This document shows, piece by piece, positions 52,134 to 64,000 of a DNA stretch of 64,000 nucleotides. The stretch lies in assembly GCA_010015585.1 (NCBI GenBank), contig ML975184.1, one strand, 5' to 3'. This DNA is from Eremomyces bilateralis CBS 781.70 (Eukaryota). Under the pieces are notes generated by a model. The model saw only the letters and a program-made list of their open reading frames with translations. It did not search any database and was not told the DNA's origin. The position numbers and the translations under genes are program-made. The stretch's first letter is position 1; each line of letters starts with the position of its first letter.

Positions 52134-54694
52134 ATGGCGGTGGATGAGTTACCGTAAATACCCAAGCCCATTACTGTCTAGCTTATTCACGGACACTGAC
52201 AACAGGCAGCCACACCGTCTATCACGACACCGACGAGTTCATCTTACCCAAGAAATCCTTCTGGCCAGCCTCGATTCCGGTTGCGTAAGGGTTCCCTTCT
52301 GCGGATTGAGATGAGACCGCTTATATCGTCACAGTCACCACCAGCTGCGTCACTTCATCAGCCAGCCGGAACGAAACATCATCTACTACGCGAACAACCA
52401 AGACATCTTCGAACTCAACGTATGCGCCCGGACCCGGAAACATATCGCCACTCTCCCTTTCCAAGTCCGATGTACCGCCTCAGGTTATGGTTGGATATGT
52501 GTGGGCGGGGGTGACGAGGGTAACTGGGCGCGAATCCAACTCAATCCACCATCGGCCTCTGAGGTTGACTCATTACTTCCGCTGAACCTCGAATACCGGC
52601 AGAATGGACGACGAACACGGCCAACCCTCCCCCCTCCCCTTCCGCGAGTGACGTCAGACCAGCTCGGCGACGACATTGTAAATTCTATCTCGATACACCA
52701 GATTCAGGATGACCCCGCCGAGCCGACGGAGGTGCTTGCGGTCCTGACGAACAATGATAGGACGGTCCGCATCTTCTCCCTGACGCGAGATGCGGAACTG
52801 AACAGACTGGAGCTCCCATTTCCCGCCAACCATGCGACCATATCCCCGGATGGGCAGATGCTGGTTGCAGTGGGAGATTATCAGCAAGCATACTTCTATG
52901 AGCGGATGGATGTGCCGACGTCATCCTCCAAGGCCCCAATCTCCAGGCCAAAAAAATACGAATGGGGCATTCTCAACATCGTCCAGCTACATGTCCCGTC
53001 GCCAACCACCATCATTGGATACTTCACCACGGCTTGGTCGCCCACCGGAACACTGGTTGCGGTGGGCTCGGAGTGCGGCTACGTCAGCATCTTCGATGTG
53101 GATATTCTGAAGAAATCGGACTTGGCAGAGAATGCCCTGATCGATGTGTTTAGCGGGTCGCGTCCCGATCTGGATATTGGACCGGGCTCCATCAGGAGCA
53201 TGGTCTTTGCACCGCAACCTTGGGATCTTTTAGTCTGGGCTGAGGATCGTGGCCGGGTGTGCGTACTGGATCTGCGGTCCGGATTGCGGGCGCGACAAGT
53301 GGTTCATCTCGCTTCCGATGCTCCGCTGATGCGTCGGATGGAGATTGCCGATGTTCACTCTCGTCCCGCGACCGAAAGACCCGTGAGCTGGGCGGAGGAA
53401 GCGGCAAACATTCGACGGGAGCATCAACGCCGCAATCGCGATCCTACCTTCGCCGAGGGGATTAATCAGTATGCCGAACGGATCCATGCCGTGCTCGGTA
53501 ACCGGGAACGTGAAGATTTCAGTCGTGAGGAGGCGGATCGGGACTGGGATAACGCGGAACCAGACACGGCGGAAGACCTTGCCATAGCTATGGCACATCG
53601 AGCCCTTCAACGAGCCAGTATCGAAGCCCCCGAGCTACGGAATGACTCGCAGTACGATCCGACCACATCCCAGCCCAACGAGTTCCCATGGGAAGGCTAC
53701 AGCACATACGACCTGCAGCGAGCGAGAGATCTTGCACGCCTGCACGGACATAACATATCCCTTACCGTCCCTGCACAGGAACCGAACCGCACCCGAAGAC
53801 TCAATAACGGGGCGGAATGGAATGCCCTGCTAATACCATGGTTGCATCAAATCCGTACTCTGGACAACGACCGTCCTCAGGACCGATTAGGAGACGACGA
53901 TGACTCGACGCGACGCATGCGTCTCGCGCTTGCCGCCTTCCGGGCCCGCGCAGGACTTGACGACGACGACCACCCCTCCGACCCCACCACATCCACCGCC
54001 GCCCCCTCCTCCTCTGGCACCACCACCCTCACCCCTACCTCGGACGCCACCCGCTCCCAAGACCACGCGTGGCGGCTCATCGAGAACGGTCTCCGCAGCC
54101 TCATCGCCAGCCGCGATCCCGCCTCCCACGTCGCCNNNNNNNNNNNNNNNNNNNNNNNNNNNNNNNNNNNNNNNNNNNNNNNNNNNNNNNNNNNNNNNNN
54201 NNNNNNNNNNNNNNNNNNNNNNNNNNNNNNNNNNNNNNNNNNNNNNNNNNNNNNNCACCTCCCCGGCACACACTCGCCGCCCCGCCCACCGCCCCGCCAC
54301 CGTCGAATCGCGCCCCCGCCGCCAAGCCGCCCTGCGCCCCACCTACGATCTGCCCACCACGACCCTCGGTTCCGACGGCCGGCTGATCGGCATCACAACG
54401 TCCGCAGCGCCGCCGAACTTGTTCGTGCCACGGATCAGCGGGCACATGCGGCAGGGCACGGGGGGCGCGGCCGCGGGGTTGCGGACCGCGGGGTTGGCGT
54501 GGAGCGTGGATTATGAGGAGCTGTGGCGGGGCGGGACGGGGGGAAGGGAGGGCGAGGATCCGGGGAATGGGGACGAGGGGGATAGGGAGCGGGGGCATGG
54601 GCTGCGGTTATGGGTAGGGACCGAGCAGGGGATCTTCGAGATGAATGTGAATCTGGGGGGGCGACGGTGTTGGAATTCGTTGATGCCGATATAG
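52134..54694 (+). CDS. DUF2415-type WD40-like protein, 3 exons, interrupted by an assembly gap
   Basis: MAVDELP|HTVYHDTDEFILPKK..PVA|HHQLRHFIS; IVNSISI, LTNNDRTVRIFSL, NHATISPDGQMLVAVGD, IRSMVFAPQPWDLLVWAEDRGRVCVLDLR. After the gap, TAGLAWS..LWVGTEQGIFE in frame +2. Confidence 0.8.
54136..54255. other. Assembly gap (120 N)
   Basis: Run of N inside a very GC-rich coding segment. Confidence 0.99.
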
Positions 54695-55647
54695 TCTCGA
54701 ATTATTGACGGAATCGAACCCCTTTCTTTTCGGATTTAAAAGCGACATGTACGACGGGGAAGGAAGCGTGAGCCTGACGCTTGAAGATCTTCAACGTTCT
54801 TTTTTTGGATCGGTTGCTCTGAGTCTGGCTGGGCTTATTCGGAATATGATGGGATGTCATTTATGTCAATACCGGTTCATCGTAATGGGTCATGATGGTG
54901 GGTTTGGAAGGATTAACACTCGCTCAAGCGGAGGTTTCGGTGTTGCGTGATTACACGCTAGCGTTGAATGAAATGCCTGTATCTTATGATGTTGGGATCA
55001 ACTCGGCGTGCCGCTTATTGTGCCTCTACAACGAGGATATAACTTTGACTCGAGTTACTTTGTTGTTGGAGGCCTCTGGTTCAAGGACAATCCTACCACG
55101 AAGCACGATTCCCGCGTGCGATTCTGCTATTGAAATTATATCTCGTGGCGAACAACACAAGAGTAATTAATGCCTTGTATTTATAGATTTTTAGGAGTGT
55201 TTGGTAGACCGGGAATGTGTGCAATGCTTGAATTGGTAACGAGATTCTTTCTATTTACATCCTATTTCTATTCAAGTGGAAATAGTTGATAGATATCGTT
55301 GCCCTGGAGTTTCCAAGAGCAGGGTCCAGCATTGGAACCTATAGAATGCGGGAATGGATAGTCCCTCGCCATGCCCACGGGTATGAAATGTCTACGAGAC
55401 GCTCGTCCTGAGTACCTATGCCGCTCAAGAAATCAAGCACGCAATTCTCCTACCCAAGCACGCTCCCTTTCACCTGAGCCTACTGTCTGGATTGCTCCGT
55501 CTGTCTCGTCGGCAGTGAAGTCCTCGCCCTTCCGAGCCACCACACCATCATCCTCCCAATCGTCATTTCGTGAACGTCATAATCGCCATCCTAGCGTCCC
55601 ATCCGAGAATCGTCCCCAGATTCAAACCCTGTGTGGGAGCGAATGAT

Positions 55648-57543
55648 CTACACCCCATACCGCGCCACCTTCCCATAGTCATACCCCTCCGCCGGCGAAT
55701 ACGCCTGGTATCCCTGCGGACCTTGGGTGTGCGGATTTGCCGCAGGCACGATTGCGGGTCGTTGGCCGGGCGCCGATGCCATGCGATGGACGCCCGACGG
55801 GTTGGATTGCAAGAATTTCTGGGCATGCGGAGGATGCTGTTGCTGCGGGAAGGTGTTCGCGTGCGGGGGATGGGGCTGGAAGGCTTGGTATTGTGGTTGT
55901 TGAGATTGGTGGGAACCGTGGGATGGGAGGGCGCCGAGATTGACGCTGGTTGCGCGGCCGCGGAAGGGGTGGGTGTGGGGGGTGAGGGTTGGTGTTTGAG
56001 AGGTGGATGGGGTCTGAGTGGTGGGTTTCCTAACGTTTAGCTGGGCGGCAAGGGATATGGCGCTGTCTGGGGACATTTTTTCGGGAGACTGGAGCTGGGT
56101 GGAATGTTGACTGACGGGTGCTTGTCCTCCGATGTTCAGGTGTGCGAATTCGGGGATGCTGCCCGGTGTTTGACTTGTTTGCGGATCGTGGTGCATTCGA
56201 TCCGACGAGGTCTGAGTCGGTCCCGACACAAACACCACTTCTGGGGCTGGGTTATCTTGATATTCGGAAGCGGCTGGCTTCATTGGCTCCTTTACGATTT
56301 GTTTAGGCGAGAACTGTTCGGCAGGGAGTTCCGCAGGAAGCTCAGCAATACCTGGAGTGAATACGGACGACTGCTGCACATCTGGGAGTTGCTGTTGGGC
56401 GTAACGAGGTGGCGGAGATTGAGGATTGCTCAGAGGCGACGAAGGGTTGGCACTGGTACTCGCATAACTCGCAGTTGGTGTCCCTTGATACAGAGTCTCC
56501 TGATGACCTGTTGGCTGCTGATATGGCGCTATATGCGCTTGCGGCATCCCACTGTGCATCGCCAGTGGCGTATGCGATTGTACCGGCAGCTGCTGTATCT
56601 GCTGTAGCTTGCCGAGGAAACCTGACGTGTTGTTGCTCTGATGCTGCGGAGGCATTTGCTGGGAGCTCGACATGGTTGGCACCCCCGAATGTGCGGAGGC
56701 GGTTTGCTGGAGCGAAGGCGGGCTCATTGCGCTATACGTAGGATATTGCGCGGAATGAGCGTCGCTCGGAGAGGGTCCTCCACCATAGTTCCCTCCCATA
56801 TGCTGCCCATGATGTTGATATTGATGTTGTTGTGGTGATAACGGATTGAACGCTTCGTGGACGGACGGGGTGTGTGAGAGCGTTGTCGTGATAGGCGAGA
56901 CCGGTGTCGAGTCTTTGGGGGGCGGTCCTGGCGGTGGAAAGGCGCCATGTTGCGGAGGAGGGGTGGGTTGGTATTGAGGGGTACCTATACTCGGAGAAGG
57001 TGATGCATGACTGGTTGGAGCTGGAGGAGATGGAGCAGAGGAATAGGTCGCAGTTGACGCAGGAGCTGCGGTTAGGTAGGGGTCCTGCTGTTGCGCATAC
57101 GGTTGGTATGGAGGATCTGGTGGCGGAGAGTGTAGAGGTTGGCCGTCCTGAGCTGGCGGATAAGGCTGCGAGTGGGAGTAGACGTTATGAACGCTTTGAG
57201 GACCAGGTGGAAATGGCGACGTCCATTGTGCCGTTGGAGGCTGCGATGCGCCAAGGCCTTGGTAGGCTGCTGGCGCATGTCCGGGTGCTTGACATTGATC
57301 GTTTGGAGTCGACTGAGGTGGACCATAGCCTTGCGGTACCACTGGCGATTGAACGGGAGAGACAAGAGGAGATACAGGTCCCGGCGAGAAAGGCGTCTGA
57401 TGTTGGCTGGACGGTGCGATCATGGGAGAAAGGCCCGAGGAAGGTTGGGAGGCATATTGCGGCTGGAATTGATAGAGATTGGAAGGACCCTCTGGCTTTG
57501 GCGTTGCGACCAAGTGTTGGACATCTTTAAAGAGTTTCTTCAT
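55648..57543 (-). CDS. Pro/Gln/Ser-rich, probably disordered hypothetical protein
   Basis: 631-aa uninterrupted ORF with PPxY-like and IAELPAELP motifs. No domain recognised. Confidence 0.65.
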   Translation of the reverse strand: MKKLFKDVQHLVATPKPEGPSNLYQFQPQYASQPSSGLSPMIAPSSQHQTPFSPGPVSPLVSPVQSPVVPQGYGPPQSTPNDQCQAPGHAPAAYQGLGASQPPTAQWTSPFPPGPQSVHNVYSHSQPYPPAQDGQPLHSPPPDPPYQPYAQQQDPYLTAAPASTATYSSAPSPPAPTSHASPSPSIGTPQYQPTPPPQHGAFPPPGPPPKDSTPVSPITTTLSHTPSVHEAFNPLSPQQHQYQHHGQHMGGNYGGGPSPSDAHSAQYPTYSAMSPPSLQQTASAHSGVPTMSSSQQMPPQHQSNNTSGFLGKLQQIQQLPVQSHTPLAMHSGMPQAHIAPYQQPTGHQETLYQGTPTASYASTSANPSSPLSNPQSPPPRYAQQQLPDVQQSSVFTPGIAELPAELPAEQFSPKQIVKEPMKPAASEYQDNPAPEVVFVSGPTQTSSDRMHHDPQTSQTPGSIPEFAHLNIGGQAPVSQHSTQLQSPEKMSPDSAISLAAQLNVRKPTTQTPSTSQTPTLTPHTHPFRGRATSVNLGALPSHGSHQSQQPQYQAFQPHPPHANTFPQQQHPPHAQKFLQSNPSGVHRMASAPGQRPAIVPAANPHTQGPQGYQAYSPAEGYDYGKVARYGV

Positions 57544-58537
57544 CGTCGCAAGGTTTTGGCAGTTGGCACCTTTTCCGCACCTTTTTCCGCACCTTTTTAG
57601 CAGAAGGCGAGCTTGAGACGAAGGGGAATTGATGTGAACTCAACTAGGCACGTCTAGGAAAGTCTCGTCTAGGAAAGTCTCGAGGGCATGGCACGCTTTA
57701 CCAAAGCCATATTGGAAACCCTTTGAATCTTTATTTAACATCACGGCTTGCGCTTGGAGGCTGTTGGAGTGTTGCGGAAATTGAGCTGGTGGAAGGCTGG
57801 GCGTCTAGATACAGCCACGCTGGTATACTCTTGCAGGGACATCACCACATGCAAAATTGCGGGTTGCAGATTGGAGATTAAAGAAGTATATATTGCTCCG
57901 TATTATTGATGAGATGCAGTCGCTGCATGGGCAGGACTAGACACGCTTGAAGCCGTTTCAGGGCCGAGAAGATTCCTGAATTGGAACCTAGGACCCGAAC
58001 GTTAGTGAGCCATAACTTCCTGAATCAATTTATTAGCCGTCAATTGATCTACTAACCATCCTGTGTCGAGTATCAGGAATTAATATCAAGCCTTGGGAAT
58101 GGGAATCTACCCTGGTGACGCCCCTGACCGGAGGCTGAGGCAGTGCTGCTAGCATGGAGCTGAACTCCTTCAGACAAAAGAATGAACTTTCATCCTTGAT
58201 TGCTTTACGGAGTGGCTTCTCGATCTGAATTTGGTCCTAACTCCTAAGAGATGGACGATAGAATTGATAGGATTATTTGGGATTCCTAATTTCAGGTACG
58301 GATAAGTTGGAGACCTGGTCTTCCTTCCGGTGATGATACCTTCATCCGTCATTGGCAACATTTGGTGTTCATGTGTGAGGATGATATGTACCATGTGCAG
58401 GCTGCAACAGATGACATTGTGCCTTCTTCATCGCGAAACCATCCAGATCCGAATGGGATTGGTTTTAACTGTCCCAGCCCCTGAATCTCATCAATGCCTC
58501 ATGATAGAACCAAAAAAAACAAAAAGATAAACTCGAA

Positions 58538-58644
58538 TGGGGCTGCCGCGAATCGAACGCGGGTATCCACGGTTCTGTAATCAATGGAATTGAATTCCGA
58601 TGTGACTCCACAACGTGGTGTACTGACCACTATACTACAGCCCC
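58538..58644 (-). tRNA. tRNA-His(GTG) with about 35-nt intron
   Basis: Reverse complement GGGGCTG TAGTATAGTGGTCAGTACA CCACG TT GTG G [intron] C CGTGG ATAC CCGCG TTCGATT CGCGG CAGCCCC A, followed by T-runs. Confidence 0.92.
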
Positions 58645-59106
58645 TGATTTGATGAAAGGGAATGCGATTCTCGCAATATAAGGCAGACTTGAATTTGGTG
58701 GGCTTAAACGTGGTTTGGCAGACTGGACTCCCTTTTTAAGTATTCCTTTTGCATTTCTTTTTGAATTGTGTCTCTCAAAGTCAACCCTTGAGCTCCAAAT
58801 TCTTTGTGCGCAGTGCTGATATTCGCGATGTGAATTGGAACGTGCCCTGAGTGAGAGTCACGTGAAGCGCCCCGTCTTTTGATACCCCCAGCGAAACCCC
58901 CGCCCGATCGGCCGTTGAAGCCCGCGAATATTTTTTTGGACCCCGTTTTGGCCCCCCCTCCCCCCCCCGGGTGCCTTTCTCGGGCTCCCCTCTGCTCGCT
59001 CTAATCGCCTAACACCCCCATCGCGGCATCGCCCCCGTCGTTGAACTGCGAAAGAAAAATAGAAGAAGATTTCTCTCTCGCAGCTTGAAAATTTACATCT
59101 CCCACT

Positions 59107-59393
59107 GTGAGTAGTCTCGCCACTCCATCGGCACCCAACCAAAGCGTGTTTGTAAGGCTGCAAGGCCAATAGAGACTGAGCCTGGCACAGCTCAAGACCT
59201 TTTCTCTTCTTTCGATAAGCCTGGAGTAATAGAAGTAGGCTATTATAGATCTTGCAGCCTGTAGCAATGTCGGTTATTCAGGTAGACATAGTAACCTAAC
59301 GCATTATCCTTCGACTTATCTTTCCTCACCTCGTTAAAGCTCCCGCCCACTGATCTGACTGAATCGGATCAACTTCAAATCTTCCAATCTCAG
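59107..59393 (+). ncRNA. Candidate structured ncRNA inside a putative intron of a non-coding host transcript
   Basis: GTGAGT donor at 59107, CTGAC at 59355, CAG at 59391-59393. Perfect 10-bp stem AGGCTGCAAG/CTTGCAGCCT enclosing sub-hairpins. Promoter-like upstream region with no convincing ORF. Confidence 0.3.
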
Positions 59394-59706
59394 CACTTTC
59401 ATTCATCTTCTATTTCGTCCGCTACTACTAGCTAGTCAATTCAGACTATTACCATTACTGAGCTCACTGATTAGCACTGTGACTGGTACTGAGCCATGCT
59501 GAGCACGTATTGTTGGTCATGCAGGTATCGATTCCAGTGTTATATGACGGGTGCACATAAGTATGCAATCGTTGCCGAACTGATGGCCATTTGGAAGTAC
59601 TCAATTCCAGGCAGCCATAGACTATATCCAAGAGGATCCAGCCGAATCTCAAGAACCCTGGCTATGAATGATATTCATACATAAAAAATACAGTCAACAC
59701 TGGGGG

Positions 59707-62700
59707 TCACCCCCTCTCAATGTCTCGACTATGTCTGGCCGCAGCCTCCCAGCTCTTCCACGAGAAACCAGTCCTTCCAGTCGCCACCCGTGGAAGTGGG
59801 CGATTTTTCAGTGGTGACAACGATTCCCTCCTGTCACTTCCTACACCATGGTCGCTGCCAAACCCGACGCTTCTCCTCAACTCAGAAGTATCCGGTCTAG
59901 GAAACTCCTTAAAACCGCTAATACTATCCCGATGCGAGTCGATTTCAAAATGAACCGATCGTCGGGGCCCATGGCCCGCGAGCACCTGGTGATGATGCTC
60001 GTGACTGTGTAATTGGACATGGAAATGCGCCAGAAAGTGATAAACATGTTTGATCGCTCGACCAATATCGTCCACTGTGAACGCCATCATGATAAGGGGT
60101 ATAGATATGGCGAATCCGATCCCAAAGACATATTTAGATACCCAATCGAGCGTCATTGCGGAAGAGCCGTCGTCATTGCGTGGGAAATTGGAGATATCCA
60201 CTGTGAAAAAGGAGGCGATGAAGGACATGGGAAGGAAGATGATGGTAACAATCGTGAAGACCATGACCGTCTGGCCTTGTCGAGCAGATGAAATGGCGCG
60301 ATCGGCAGCGAATCGCGCTTCGAATGCGTTTGCTTGCTTCTGTTTGAGGTCAAGAAGGTGGGTGAGAGATGTGTAGATATTTTCCGCTTGCTTATCCATG
60401 CGCTCGAGATCTTTGACATGCACATCGATGATTTTCAACTGATCCTTCGATCTCTTCCGAATTTCAAACGCTTCCAGGGATTTCTTGCCGCCGAGTTCCT
60501 CGAACATGAAATCCGCTAGATCCGGCAGGACAGATACTTGGTGCTGGAGCACCATCTTGATGATGTTGATCTCATCTCGGATGTCTTTGATCTCAGCCAA
60601 CAGCTCGGTCTCCGTGCCGATATCCAGTAATGAGTCTTGGAAGAGATCATCTCTGCGACCAGGATCGTTGGGGTTCGTGTCCAATGCCCGCGACCAAGTG
60701 CTTGCTCGTTGCGAACGTCGATGGTTTCGTAACCATTGCGCTGCTCCTGCAGATGCTCGATTGAACCTTGAAAACAACTTGCTTTCTCTGTTCGTCTGCA
60801 ATGGTCAGCATCATTTGCAAATCGACCGGCTGCGGCTTCCACTCACTACATGACCAATCGACGTCTCAAACATGTCCAAAAACTGAAACTCCTGATTGTC
60901 CAAACGATGCCGATCAAACACTCCGGAACATCTCGTCGTGATGAGCATAGCAAGGTCATAAACGTTCTTCATGGGTGGCCGTGTCTTCACATTCATATCT
61001 TCAATGATCCCTTCGAGCATGTTGACAGGATCCTGCTTGGGTTGCTGGTATCGTTGAGGAAAACTTGTAATGATGAGCTCTGCCATGGGTTGTCAGCGTG
61101 CCGTTACTCTTCCAGGAGGGCGAGGGAACCGGACCTTCACCAAGGATCCACATCCACATCTGATCAACCATGAACAGCTTGGGTTCCAATCCCCGATGCT
61201 GACAGTACCTAAACACGACCTGATCCCGATCCCTCTCGGTCGTATCTATGCCGTGGTAGAAGAACTGATCGAGCGTCCGCCGGGTATGAAGCGGAGGATC
61301 GGAGTTGATGTACGCTCGGATCAGTAGATCATCCAACGTTTGAGGCACGAAAGGGGGCTCTCTCGTCAGCGCCTCTTTGATGGTTTGACTCATGCGCATC
61401 CGTCGAGAATCGGTCTCGTAGTGTAGATACGGCATGAATAGAACAAGCTTCCCGGTCTTCCCCTTCCCTTTTCCCGGAGTGGGAGTGCCGAGAGCAGTCT
61501 TATCCTGTCCTTTTCCTGGCTTCTGACCTTTCCCTCCATTCCCATCTCCCTTGCCTCCTTTCTTCGTCTGCTTCTCAGTCTTCGCCTTCTTCTTCTCCGC
61601 GCGAGTGGTTGGCAGCTCCTTTCCTTTCTCCTTCTCCTTGTCCTTCTCCTTCTCCTTGCCCCTGGACGGCTCCAATTTCGGTGTTGAGGTCCCATCCTTC
61701 GGAACATTCTCAGCAACGTTCTCCTGTTGCTTGGTCTTGTCACCGGCTTCTTCCGCTGGAAGAGAATGTTGTTTTGATTTGATGTCGGGTCGCGAGTGCG
61801 TCGACACTCGTGTGCATGAATGTCTCATGAAATGCGCATGGACCATCGGTCCACGATGTTCCTGTCCGAAGCACTTCGCTAGAGCTTTGAAATCGTCCAA
61901 TTCTCGGGCTCCCGCTTCGATGAAGTTCTTGGTGATGAGCGTTTCCATCCATCCGACCTGCAAATACGATCAGTATAGGACCAGCGAAGGCGTATCGAAT
62001 ATTGCACATACATTGTTGGCGGGCAGATGGATCCAGCGAAAGGTCGGCTTCGATTTGATATTGCGGACCATGGTGTGCACAGATTGCTTGGAATGCTCAT
62101 CATCCCAGCCATAGAGCAACTCATACACACTCCGCTTCTCCACCAGCTGGCCCTTGGTGTTTTCACTGTGCCGCGAACTAGGTGGCAACCCGAAATCGAC
62201 GATGGTTGCCTCAAACCCTTTGCAAGCTTCCCTGGCCTCCGGGGACAGTCGCGAGCCATATACCGGGGGCGCAAGCATACGCACAATGTCCAAGTGTCCT
62301 TTTTGCGCCGCTCGGAGCATCGGCGTGCTGTCGAAGGAGTCCTTGATGTTCAAGACCGTCCTCGGATCCTTTACCAGGGCCTCCACGATGGCTTCATGGC
62401 CGTTCTGTGCTGCCCAGTGCAGCGGGGTCATTCCGCTCGACGTTTCCGCATTGATGTCTGCACCGGTTCGCAGTAACAGGTCGACAATACCAACGTGGCC
62501 CTTGTCTGCAGCGTTGTGCAGAGCGGTCCAGTTTCCATCCGATGTGAGAGTCGGGTCCGCACCGCATTCGATGAGCATCCGGACGATGCTTTCATGGCCG
62601 CTCTCCGCTGCGAACTGGAGAGACGTCCTCCCTCGAGGATTGACCGCCGAGACATTCGGTCGCCTACTGTCCGACTGGCGAAGCAGCGCGGCAACCAACT

Positions 62701-63493
62701 CCTCTTTTCCAGTGGAGGCTGCCCATAGGAGTGCCGTGCGTCCGGTACTCTTGTCTCTAGTCTCGAGGTCGATCCCACGATCAATCAAAAGCTGGACGGT
62801 ATTATCGTTCCATGGCCCGTTCTTCTCGCTCGCGAGATGAACAAGCACTGACTTCTCCCCTCGATCTAACGCATTGACATTGGCCCCGCAGTTAAGCAGC
62901 AATCTCATTACATCTACGTGGCCCTTGTACGCGGCGGCAAACAAAGCTGTTCGGCCTGGCTTATCCCGTACGTCCGGGTATGCGCCGCTGTCGAGCAGCA
63001 ATCGAACGAGCGCAACGTTGCCGCCGTAGTGAGGGGTTTCCCGAGCAACCACCTCTTCGTTGGCCGCATCATTACTGCGCTCCTTCGCAGCGTCCTTTCC
63101 AAGCTCTCTGGTCGTGTCTTTCCGTGCGTCGTGCTCGTTTCCTCCACGCTTCCCACGCCCGCTAGCTTTATCTTTTGCGCGCTCCTGAGCCTTGTCTTTT
63201 GGGCGCTCGCTCTCCCCATCTGTGTCCAACTCACACGCCTTATGCAATGCGCTTACTTCGCCGTCGCTGCCAGGATTGACTTCGGCGCCTTTGTGGATGA
63301 GGTACTGCGCAAGCCCGATGCGTCCTCGAGCGACTACACGTTGGAGGGAGATCCGCAGAATCGTTTTGTCCAAGCGCGAGTGCCATGTTGAGCCTTCGAC
63401 GATCTCGCGAATTCGTTTGTCCTTCAAGTCGAGGGCGGCTTTGAGGAGATCCTTATGTCGGTCCTCCGGTGGGTGCGATCCGATGCTCGACAT
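59707..63493 (-). CDS. Ankyrin-repeat plus CorA/ZntB-like domain membrane protein (about 1,200 aa, 4 exons)
   Basis: About 8 ankyrin repeats (GRTALFAAAYKGH, WTALHNAADKGH, GMTPLHWAAQNGH); FRWIHLPANN|VGWME; FMPYLHYE; LHTRRTLDQFFY; MVDQMWMWIL; IITSFPQR; EIKDIRDEINII; LLDLKQKQAN; two C-terminal TMs (VFTIVTIIFLPMSFIASFF). Three canonical introns. Confidence 0.88.
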
Positions 63494-64000
63494 TGCGACG
63501 CGCCGGTGGAGGTTCGTATGGGTCGGGTCCAAATCATTGTCCTTGGTCGTATGAATGGTAACGATATCTCATGGTGGTGACAACTGCCATGATTCATCCA
63601 GAGGCAATTCGATGTTTCCCGCAATTCGTACGCCGTGGGGGACATGGGCAACATCTTGAGCAGCTTCAGCTGGCCAAAGACACCCATGCTAGCGTTCTTT
63701 GGAGACATCAATGATCGAAACACGACCTTGAGTCTAGTCCGGTCGATTCTCGCTGTGGTCACCATCGAACCTTTTGCATAAGGCTGAACCGCTCGCGGAG
63801 CTGCGCTGCTGTGCGGGGAACTCTCTCACCCAGTTACACAAGACTATCAGCTTGAAGAGTTCACCATAGTGGCTGAGGCTAGTGCGATAGTGCTATTCCC
63901 GCCGACAGTTTGGGTGGCGATAACTTGAATTCTTGGACCTCGATATCGACAAGTCGTGTTTTGATTTGATTAGTTTAGATGAATGAAGGGAATCAACAGT

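Noticed and set aside
57563..57682. Short tandem duplications (CCGCACCTTTTT-type; CGTCTAGGAAAGTCT x2)
   Set aside because: Most simply slippage duplications in a 5' region, with no further structure.
59340..59400. Minus-strand CTGAGA..TTGAT resembling a TPP riboswitch
   Set aside because: Lacks the GATAATNCCAGCG-type core and P1/P2 pairing, and there is no thiamine gene nearby.

Overview
Filamentous ascomycete (Pezizomycotina) nuclear DNA with short GT-AG introns carrying CTRAC/CTRAT branch points, so most genes span several ORF-track entries. Apparently intact genes: an oxaloacetate acetylhydrolase/dimethylmalate lyase-type enzyme, a small RfeG-like protein, an MFS transporter, a GNAT acetyltransferase, a stand-alone HET-domain protein, MAD2, a laccase, a cytochrome P450, two conserved hypothetical proteins, LSB5, a GT90/CAP10 glycosyltransferase, an MBOAT/wax-synthase-like acyltransferase, V-ATPase subunit f, mitochondrial Hsp70 (SSC1), a DUF2415 WD40-like protein (crossing a 120-N gap), a Pro/Gln-rich protein and an ankyrin plus CorA-like fusion. 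There are two intron-containing tRNAs, Pro(AGG) and His(GTG). Decayed DNA lies between these genes: F-box, dynamin/Mx-like and FG-repeat pseudogenes, a Fot1/pogo transposase relic, a hAT-like terminus and a LINE ORF1-like fragment. The two most notable signals are (1) a 338-bp MITE with 41-bp CAC-initiated TIRs and a 5-bp GGAGG target-site duplication, a Transib-like combination, and (2) a candidate non-coding transcription unit with a structured, possibly intron-hosted RNA at about 58.85-59.4 kb. All calls come from manual reading; no database searches were run.
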